In this document: piece after piece, positions 25,526 to 32,000 of the stretch
Position numbering within the stretch: position 1 is the stretch's first letter
Layout of the letters: each line of letters opens with the position of its first letter
Origin: Haloquadratum walsbyi C23
GTDB lineage: Archaea > Halobacteriota > Halobacteria > Halobacteriales > Haloferacaceae
Assembly (NCBI RefSeq): GCF_000237865.1
Contig: NC_017459.1
Span: forward strand, 1,950,001-1,982,000
Reading direction: 5' to 3'
Length of the DNA stretch: 32,000 nucleotides
Position numbers and translations under genes: made by a program
The notes under the pieces: model-generated
Databases searched by the model: none
What the model was told of the DNA's origin: nothing
Seen by the model: only the letters and a program-made list of their open reading frames with translations

Positions 25526-26611
25526 ATGAGTAATAGACAGGATAGCGACCAGACATACGTATCTCGACGTCGGGTCCTGCAGGCAAGTGGGGCGGTTACA
25601 ACAGCCGGTATAGGTGCATTCGCAGGCTGTTCCGGCACTCGTGGCGGGAGCACAGGTGCAAGCAACAGCGGGATCGAAGAGATTCGTGTTGCGTATATGC
25701 CGATTTATCCCGATATGCAATACTTTGTTATGAAAGAGGAGGGGTATTTTGATGCAATTGATGCTGACGTAACGGGTGAGGTTTTCTCTGATGGTCCGAG
25801 CATTGTCCAAGCATCAGCAACAGGAGATTTCGATGTTATGATGTTTGGAATCGTTCCGGCAATGATTATCATGGATAAGGGTATTCCATCAAAGATCACC
25901 GGGGCAAATATTCAGAACGCAATGGAGATTTTAGCGCGTGATTCATTTGCATCGATATGGGAGAATGCCCAGTCAGGTGCTGAAGCGTTTGCACAATTTG
26001 AAGCAGAGCGTGGTCGGAAATTCACCTTTGGAACATTTCCACCAGGATCGGTCCCTGACATCCTGCTTCGTTATTGGCTGACTGAGATTGTCGGAGTTGA
26101 GCCTGGATCCGATGTGTCAATCACACCACTTGGTGGGGCTGGCCCGGTTCGACAGGCGTTACTTTCCAGTAGAATTGATGGAACATCAATCATGGAGCCG
26201 GTCCCAACGGTCGCTTCTATGAATGATGCTCCATATCAATCGATTGCATGGGCTGGAGATTTCATGCCAGGACAACCAGCCGCAGTCACGCTCATGCATG
26301 ATAGACTTCGCTCTGACAACCCTGAGGTCGCACAGACATTCATTGAGCAGCATCAACGTGCAACAGCATTCGCGAAAGAAAATCCTGACACAGCAGCCGC
26401 ACACGCGAGCACGGTCATCGGTGAGAGTGTCCTCCCAGTTGAGACAGCACGGCGTGCAATCGATGCGCGGGCGTCTGATTTCATTACAGACCCACATAAG
26501 ATTGCTGATGGTGCAAAGATTTTCTCTGAATATGCCGCTCAAGCAGGGAAGATTGACTCAGTACTATCAAATGATCAACTGTTCGATTTCAGTGTGTATG
26601 ATTCAGTATGA
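25526..26611 (+). CDS. ABC transporter substrate-binding lipoprotein, NitT/TauT (nitrate/sulfonate/bicarbonate, NMT1-like) family, Tat signal
   Basis: 361 aa with SRRRVLQASGAVTTAGIGAFAGCSG (a twin-arginine motif plus lipobox). The stop overlaps the permease start as ATGA. Confidence 0.85.
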   Translation: MSNRQDSDQTYVSRRRVLQASGAVTTAGIGAFAGCSGTRGGSTGASNSGIEEIRVAYMPIYPDMQYFVMKEEGYFDAIDADVTGEVFSDGPSIVQASATGDFDVMMFGIVPAMIIMDKGIPSKITGANIQNAMEILARDSFASIWENAQSGAEAFAQFEAERGRKFTFGTFPPGSVPDILLRYWLTEIVGVEPGSDVSITPLGGAGPVRQALLSSRIDGTSIMEPVPTVASMNDAPYQSIAWAGDFMPGQPAAVTLMHDRLRSDNPEVAQTFIEQHQRATAFAKENPDTAAAHASTVIGESVLPVETARRAIDARASDFITDPHKIADGAKIFSEYAAQAGKIDSVLSNDQLFDFSVYDSV

Positions 26612-27513
26612 GCGTTGAAACACCAACTGATTCAGAGCCAGCAGTCCCAACAGGAGATCGTAATCAAGATCGCGATGAGGAGACAGGGTCAGTTGAGACA
26701 ACTCAAGGGTTGTTCGGAGATATTGATCCAGCAAGTATCGGGTATGGAATTGTTGGAAGTGCAATCTTTGTTACAATCTGGCAAGTCGCTGCTGCTGCTG
26801 TTGACCAGACATATTTGCTTCCATCACCGATTGAGGTAGCAACAGCATTCATTATTGAATTAACTGCCTCAGCCACATTTACACTTCCAATTGCGGGTAT
26901 AACAGTGCCAATGACTCGACTTACTGCAAATCTCGCACAGAGTCTCCTCCATTATCTTCCAGGGCTTGTTGTTGGAAGCACACTTGGAGTCAGTCTTGGA
27001 CTAGCAATGGGGTGGAGTGGGCGGCTTGATAACGCATTAACCCCAGTTACGCGGTTTCTCCGACCGATTCCACCGCTTGCATGGATTGTATTTGCGATTG
27101 TCTGGATTGGTATTGGTCATGGCGGCGCTGCATTTATTGTTGGGATTGGTGCATTCTGGATTAATTTCTATAACGCATATGCCGGTGTTGAGGGCGTTTC
27201 AACACATCTCAAAGAAGTAGCTGCGAGTCTTGGCGTAGATGATGATTTGACGATGATCCGGAAGGTGATTATCCCAGCAGCAATGCCATCGATTACGACT
27301 GGGCTTCGAACGAGTATTGGACAATGTTGGATGATTGTTGTCGCCGCAGAGCTATTTGGTGCCCCTGGAGTTGGCTTTCAGATTATCAATGCAGCACAAA
27401 ACCTCGCAACAGATGTTAGCGTCGCATATATGGTTGTAATCAGTCTTGTATTTCTCGTAAGTGATGGCGTATTCCGACGGGTTGAGCGGAGGCTTCTCGA
27501 ATGGCGGGTATAA
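26608..27513 (+). CDS. ABC transporter permease (NitT/TauT family)
   Basis: 301 aa with about 6 TM helices, a BPD-type EAA-like loop (..AASLGVDDDLTMIRKVIIPAAMPSI..) and an acidic N-terminal extension of about 45 aa. Confidence 0.85.
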   Translation: MSVETPTDSEPAVPTGDRNQDRDEETGSVETTQGLFGDIDPASIGYGIVGSAIFVTIWQVAAAAVDQTYLLPSPIEVATAFIIELTASATFTLPIAGITVPMTRLTANLAQSLLHYLPGLVVGSTLGVSLGLAMGWSGRLDNALTPVTRFLRPIPPLAWIVFAIVWIGIGHGGAAFIVGIGAFWINFYNAYAGVEGVSTHLKEVAASLGVDDDLTMIRKVIIPAAMPSITTGLRTSIGQCWMIVVAAELFGAPGVGFQIINAAQNLATDVSVAYMVVISLVFLVSDGVFRRVERRLLEWRV

Positions 27514-28319
27514 ATAAAAACTCAGACCAATATGCAAAAGCAGACAATCATCAAAACAACCGTGGCAACGAGACAAGAGCAAAAGTTGTTGTTGATACGG
27601 TAACTAAGGTATTCGAATCTGAACGGCAGACAGTTCGAGCCCTAGATGAAGTATCATTCACTGTCTCCGATGGTGAGTTTGTGTGTCTTGTTGGACCGTC
27701 TGGATGCGGTAAGACAACGCTCTTCCGAGTAATTGCCGGTCTCGAAATGCCCACAAACGGTGAAGTGCGACTTGCGGGTAACACTGTCACAGGTCCCGGG
27801 ACTGATCGTGGGATGGTATTCCAGGAATACGGGTTATTCCCTTGGCGAACTGTCCAGGAAAATGTCGCATTCGGACTCGAAGAGCAGGGCGCTGTCGAAC
27901 CAAACCGCAGTCGTCGGGTTGATGAAATGCTTGAGTTAGTTGGTCTTACAGAGTTCAAGGACGCATATCCGAAGGAACTCTCTGGTGGAATGAAACAGCG
28001 CGTTGGGATTGCACGAGCGCTTGCTGTTGACCCAGAGATTCTTCTTGCAGATGAACCATTTGGAAGTGTTGATGCACAAACACGGGAGATGTTACACGAT
28101 GAGTTATTATCAATTTGGACAACGACTGGAAAGACAGTACTGTTTGTGACACATGATGTCGAAGAAGCAGTGACACTCGCTGACCGAGTTGTTGTGATGG
28201 CACCGTCACCCGGTAGAGTCAATGAAATCGTTGATATTGATGTTGATCGTCCGCGACAGCGAACAGACGTCACATTCGGTGAATATGTTGAGCAGATTCG
28301 ATCACTGATCGGCGAGTAA
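27501..28319 (+). CDS. ABC transporter ATP-binding protein (NitT/TauT family)
   Basis: Walker A is GPSGCGKTT, the signature is LSGGMKQR and Walker B is ILLADEPF. It overlaps the permease gene by 13 nt. Confidence 0.9.
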   Translation: MAGINKNSDQYAKADNHQNNRGNETRAKVVVDTVTKVFESERQTVRALDEVSFTVSDGEFVCLVGPSGCGKTTLFRVIAGLEMPTNGEVRLAGNTVTGPGTDRGMVFQEYGLFPWRTVQENVAFGLEEQGAVEPNRSRRVDEMLELVGLTEFKDAYPKELSGGMKQRVGIARALAVDPEILLADEPFGSVDAQTREMLHDELLSIWTTTGKTVLFVTHDVEEAVTLADRVVVMAPSPGRVNEIVDIDVDRPRQRTDVTFGEYVEQIRSLIGE

Positions 28320-28322
28320 ACT

Positions 28323-28373
28323 GTCTCAGTTTCATATCTAAGCTCTGAGACTTCTTATTTTTATTTGTTTTTT
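28323..28373 (+). terminator. Hairpin plus long T-rich tract after the ABC operon
   Basis: A 7-bp stem GTCTCAG/CTGAGAC (arms 28323-28329/28345-28351) is followed by TTCTTATTTTTATTTGTTTTTT. Confidence 0.5.
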
Positions 28374-28399
28374 ACGGAAGAGAGCTAATTTGCGATATC

Positions 28400-28591
28400 T
28401 CAAGACTCATCAGCGGCCTCACGGAGCGCCTTCACATGCGACATGATAACTGAAAGTGTCACATCTGGGTCTGCATATCCTTGTTCGTAATCGTCATAGG
28501 CTGCATCAACATCATCAAGAAACGTTGCAACAGCCGTTGCTAATTCAATATCATCTGAATCAGTGTCCATTAACATATACATATGCATCAT
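28400..28591 (-). CDS. Small acidic hypothetical protein
   Basis: 63-aa ORF, very acidic (DTDSDDIELATAVATFLDDVDAAYDDYEQGYADPD..). It is divergent from the XPB gene. The real start may be an internal Met (about 28570). Confidence 0.45.
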   Translation of the reverse strand: MMHMYMLMDTDSDDIELATAVATFLDDVDAAYDDYEQGYADPDVTLSVIMSHVKALREAADES

Positions 28592-28717
28592 TGGAGTCGA
28601 AAAAAGATACCGTCAGACTCACATTCAATGTCGCTGGTATTGTAGTCACCATACTCTTGAGCGTTATATGATATAAGCCAGAGAGGTTTTATTCATCTCG
28701 TCATTATCTCTAGAAAG

Positions 28718-30040
28718 ATGCGGTTGGACTTCGAGCGCGGAACTATAGCCGTGGAGGGAGATGACTCTCTTGTTCCGCACACCACATGGGATGAGCGAAC
28801 AAACACCGATCGGGCTCTTGGATTTCGGTATCGAGAGATCAAGGATTATCTTGACACCTCGGAGGTTGAATACGAGAATAATGTGCTGAATCTTGTTCCA
28901 TCACCTGAGCTGACGAGTGAGATTGAATTACGGGGATATCAACAACAGGCACTGAATCGCTGGCTTTCCGAGCGCCGTGGTGTTGTTGTCCTGCCAACAG
29001 GAGCTGGGAAAACATATGTTGGAATAGAGGCTATTGATGAGATAAACAACTCAACCTTTGTTGTTGTCCCAACGCTTGATCTTGTAGACCAGTGGAAATC
29101 AGAGCTTCAGGTATTTAATCTTCCGATTGGTGAATATACTGGTCGTCAAAAGACAATTAAGTCAATTACAGTCTCGACATATGATTCAGCATATACTCAT
29201 GCTGAGAAGCTTGGAAATCGGTTTGAACTGCTGATTTTTGATGAAGTTCATCATCTTGCATCTGAAGGGTATAGACAGATAGCAGAATTATTTGCTTCCC
29301 CCTTTGCATTAGGGTTGACAGCGACATTCGAGCGTGAAGATGGCAAACACGAAGTATTGGGTGAGCTACTCGGTGGAAAAGTCTATGAGATTGAGACGGA
29401 GGAACTCACTGGTGAATACCTGTCAGAATACACTGTTGAGCGGATCACTGTTGATCTGACATCGGAAGAGCGGAAAGCGTATGATGAAAATGTTGAGACC
29501 TTTCGGAAGTATCTGATGTCGACGGACATCACCATGCGTAGTCCAGAGGATTTCCAGAAGGTTGTTTTACGAAGTGGAAATGACCCTGAAGCGTGGCGTG
29601 CGGTTCGTTCCCGAAATACAGCCCGTCAGATTGCATATAGCTCAGAATCAAAACTTGATGAACTCGCAACTCTACTTGAACAACACCGCGACGATCGTAT
29701 TATCATTTTTACGCGATATAACGATCTCGTATATGACGTTTCGAACCGGTTCTTCATTCCAAGCATTACATATACAACTAAAAAGAGTGAGCGTCAGCAA
29801 ATTCTCAAACAGTTCAAAAATAACACGTACAACGCAATTGTGAGTTCACAGGTACTGAATGAAGGTATCGATGTCCCAGATGCAAATATCGGTATTATCT
29901 TAAGCGGAACAGGAAGCAATCGAGAGTATCGACAGCGGCTTGGTCGTATTCTTCGTCCCTCAGGGGACACGGCTCACCTGTATGAAATTGTTTCAAGCGG
30001 CACCGGGGAAATTCGAACATCAACTCGACGGAAGTCCTGA
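28718..30040 (+). CDS. xpb: XPB/Rad25-type SF2 DNA helicase
   Basis: 440 aa. Motif I is LPTGAGKT and motif II is FDEVHH. Motif III plus the XPB-specific RED motif read GLTATFERED, and motif VI is QRLGRILR. Confidence 0.85.
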   Translation: MRLDFERGTIAVEGDDSLVPHTTWDERTNTDRALGFRYREIKDYLDTSEVEYENNVLNLVPSPELTSEIELRGYQQQALNRWLSERRGVVVLPTGAGKTYVGIEAIDEINNSTFVVVPTLDLVDQWKSELQVFNLPIGEYTGRQKTIKSITVSTYDSAYTHAEKLGNRFELLIFDEVHHLASEGYRQIAELFASPFALGLTATFEREDGKHEVLGELLGGKVYEIETEELTGEYLSEYTVERITVDLTSEERKAYDENVETFRKYLMSTDITMRSPEDFQKVVLRSGNDPEAWRAVRSRNTARQIAYSSESKLDELATLLEQHRDDRIIIFTRYNDLVYDVSNRFFIPSITYTTKKSERQQILKQFKNNTYNAIVSSQVLNEGIDVPDANIGIILSGTGSNREYRQRLGRILRPSGDTAHLYEIVSSGTGEIRTSTRRKS

Positions 30041-30046
30041 ATATCT

Positions 30047-31555
30047 ATGTTGACAAAGGAATTGCTTGAGGTGACGAAACGAAAACCAAAGATAAATCCA
30101 CGCTACCGAGACATTGATAAATATCAATCAGTTGCAACGCACGTTCTTGATGCGTATGAGTCAGGACAGACAAAAAAGCAGATTGATGAGACAATCGAGA
30201 CATTAGAAACACATGATACGTTCAAATTGGTTCGTGGGTTATCAAAACTACTTGACCGGCGTGCTAAGTTTGAACAGCAGTTTCCAGTCGATCCATCAAA
30301 ACTACGCAACGCTGTTTTTACTCATGGTTTTGTCACCACGACAGACCAACGAGAACAAGTGCTTGCCACTGTCGGAGATGAATTTGAATTAACGCCAAAT
30401 GAAGTAGAAAGTAACCTGTGGGCTGACAGAGAGGACCATGCAGTTCTTCGATCCGAGCCTGAAATCACTCCATGTGAATTGCTTCGTCAGTATAATATAT
30501 CCCTGACACAGACGCTGTTATTCGATGCCATTGAATTAAAATTCAGCGTGTCGGATAACTTCCAAGAAATCTTTCGGTTGATTTCATATCTTGGATTGAT
30601 GTACACTGTTGATGAGGACTTAACAGTGACTGTCACTGGACCCACATCGCTAGTAAAGAAGACACGGAAATATGGAACAACGATGGCAAAGCTCATTCCT
30701 CACATTATGAAGCCATCGGAATGGGATCTGACTGCGAAGATTGAAACAGATGTGAATGGTGACCCGCAGATATATGAGTTTAATCTTGATTCAACGAGTG
30801 CGGATTATTTCCCAGCAAAGACGGTGAGCAATTCGTTCGATAGCGAGGTTGAGCGAGATTTCGCAACTCGGATTCGCACGTTGATCGATGGATGGACAAT
30901 CAATCACGAACCTACCATTCTTCGAACTGAAGACCGGGTTATGATTCCGGATTTCAGCTTTGAGCGAGACACGACAGAATTTTATCTTGAAGTGGTTGGG
31001 TTTTGGACTCCCGAGTATCTTCGAGAAAAACGACGAAAAGTAAATTATGTGAAATCAGAACATCCGATTATACTTGCGGTTGATGAATCATTAAATTGCA
31101 CAAAGTCAGATTTTGATGAGGCGAACGTAGCAGACGTGTTCTTCTATACTGATCAGATCCCAGTGAAACCAGTAATGAAGCGACTGCACGCCATTGATGA
31201 ACGTAAAGCAAAAGACGATGTTGAATGGCTGTACGAACGCGAAATCAGTATAGCTCATGACGAAATTATTGATATCAACGCACTTGCCGGATCACACGAT
31301 GTTGAACCAGCAGCTGTTGAGATGTACTTGGACGATATATATGATGGAGTCATATCGAAGATGAAATTTATTCCGGACACAGCCCTCTCTGAGATTGAAG
31401 CTGAGATCGATGCATTAGACAATATGACACTTGCTGATGTGAATCCAATCTTAAAAAAATATGATGTGGGACAAGATATCCTTGAAGAAATGGGGTATAC
31501 AGTCAACTATATTTCACTCAACCAGAACGAAGCCAAGATAGTAAGATCAGAATAA
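30047..31555 (+). CDS. bax1: Bax1 (DUF790) endonuclease partner of XPB
   Basis: 502 aa, starting 6 nt after the XPB stop. The nuclease-like core is VMIPDFSF...FYLEVVGFWTPEYLREK. This gene order and size are typical of archaeal xpb-bax1 pairs. Confidence 0.8.
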   Translation: MLTKELLEVTKRKPKINPRYRDIDKYQSVATHVLDAYESGQTKKQIDETIETLETHDTFKLVRGLSKLLDRRAKFEQQFPVDPSKLRNAVFTHGFVTTTDQREQVLATVGDEFELTPNEVESNLWADREDHAVLRSEPEITPCELLRQYNISLTQTLLFDAIELKFSVSDNFQEIFRLISYLGLMYTVDEDLTVTVTGPTSLVKKTRKYGTTMAKLIPHIMKPSEWDLTAKIETDVNGDPQIYEFNLDSTSADYFPAKTVSNSFDSEVERDFATRIRTLIDGWTINHEPTILRTEDRVMIPDFSFERDTTEFYLEVVGFWTPEYLREKRRKVNYVKSEHPIILAVDESLNCTKSDFDEANVADVFFYTDQIPVKPVMKRLHAIDERKAKDDVEWLYEREISIAHDEIIDINALAGSHDVEPAAVEMYLDDIYDGVISKMKFIPDTALSEIEAEIDALDNMTLADVNPILKKYDVGQDILEEMGYTVNYISLNQNEAKIVRSE

Positions 31556-31704
31556 ATATATCGATATCAATATCGATATCGGTTATATATGATAATAATC
31601 AAGAATCATCTGGTTTCATTGACCTTCTTCTACCCCTGAAGGGGGTGGGCTTCCGCTCACTATGTGTCATTCAACTCAATTAAACCGTGTGTATAGGTAG
31701 CGTC

Positions 31705-32000
31705 TCAACTGAGATCCTCACGTCGCCCTTTAGGCACAGTTGATCGGAGTTCATCATGCAGATAGAGACCAACACCAATAGGCTCAGTCTTACCTGCAAT
31801 CTTATGTGCAACAATAAGATACCCCCAATCACCGTTCCACCGTGGAAGCGACTGATCAGTGCCATCAGCAAATCGAAGTGCTGCTTCATCTTCCAGTGTT
31901 AGGACGTTTTTGCTTGCATGAGTACCGAAACGCTGGACAGCATTTGTTGAGGGTTTCCAGTGTTCTTGACGAGTGCGAAGGATACGGAGACCGACTCCCT
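31705..32000 (-). CDS. 3'-terminal part of a CDS that continues beyond the window; hypothetical protein
   Basis: I translated it by hand, since it is absent from the ORF track (no start lies inside the window). The minus frame is open for 97 codons from 31998 to the stop at 31705-31707: ..LRILRTRQEHWKPSTNAVQRFGTHASKNVLTLEDEAALRFADGTDQSLPRWNGDWGYLIVAHKIAGKTEPIGVGLYLHDELRSTVPKGRREDLS. I did not recognise a family. Confidence 0.5.
   Translation of the reverse strand, partial: GVGLRILRTRQEHWKPSTNAVQRFGTHASKNVLTLEDEAALRFADGTDQSLPRWNGDWGYLIVAHKIAGKTEPIGVGLYLHDELRSTVPKGRREDLS

Noticed and set aside
27551-28273. A 240-aa ORF antisense to the ABC ATPase gene. Similar shadow ORFs are 20609-21253 (-), 8831-9616 (+), 7066-7575 (-) and 7307-7729 (-).
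   Set aside because: They lie fully inside well-supported genes on the opposite strand. They have Ser/Arg/Thr-rich non-halophilic composition and no recognisable motifs, so they are typical antisense shadow ORFs.
28321-28330. The 10-mer CTGTCTCAGT in the ABC terminator stem also occurs at the IS left end (7061-7070), and as its reverse complement at 8447-8456.
   Set aside because: The IS-internal pair is meaningful and is reported with the IS. The match in the terminator is short enough to be coincidence, and no further IS-like sequence flanks it.
1-32000. CRISPR arrays, rRNA genes and canonical tRNA genes.
   Set aside because: I saw no regularly spaced direct repeats of 25-40 bp, no rRNA-like conserved blocks and no GGTTCRAATCC T-arm with matching acceptor stems. 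The TTCGAAT/TTCAAATCC strings at about 2260 and 4497 lack complementary stems.

Overview
The window looks like chromosomal DNA from a moderate/low-GC haloarchaeon. Predicted proteins are strongly acidic, several carry twin-arginine signals with a lipobox Cys, there is an ISH3-family insertion sequence, and long AT-rich spacers separate the genes. Haloquadratum-like is my inference only. All calls come from reading the sequence and from remembered family motifs; no searches or folding programs were run, and start codons are approximate.

I can support about 27 CDS:
- a small membrane protein, double wHTH regulator and Tat lipoprotein operon (2474-4482, minus)
- a membrane-anchored FG-GAP/PQQ-like beta-propeller protein
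- a complete 1500-bp ISH3-family IS with 17-bp inverted repeats and a 5-bp target duplication
- a polytopic membrane protein lying divergent to a DyP/EfeB-like Tat lipoprotein
- an Lrp/AsnC regulator and an amidohydrolase
- a dabB-dabA (NuoL-like plus DUF2309) inorganic-carbon pump pair
- an SRAP (HMCES/YedK-like) protein divergent from an RNase H-fold DEDD exonuclease
- a GT2 glycosyltransferase
- a two-domain bactofilin-like (halofilin-like) protein
- an Obg/YchF-family GTPase with a TGS domain
- a class I aminotransferase
- a NitT/TauT-type ABC transporter
- an XPB helicase and Bax1 nuclease pair
- a 3'-terminal gene fragment at the window edge

The first 2.4 kb has no intact gene and appears to hold decayed IS200/IS605-type remnants.

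The least explained signals are two GC-rich, ORF-free, hairpin-dense islands (about 4483-4915 and 13782-14202). Each lies upstream of, and in the same sense as, a membrane-protein operon. They did not fit RNase P, SRP or tRNA signatures by eye, and they share a few short colinear motifs.
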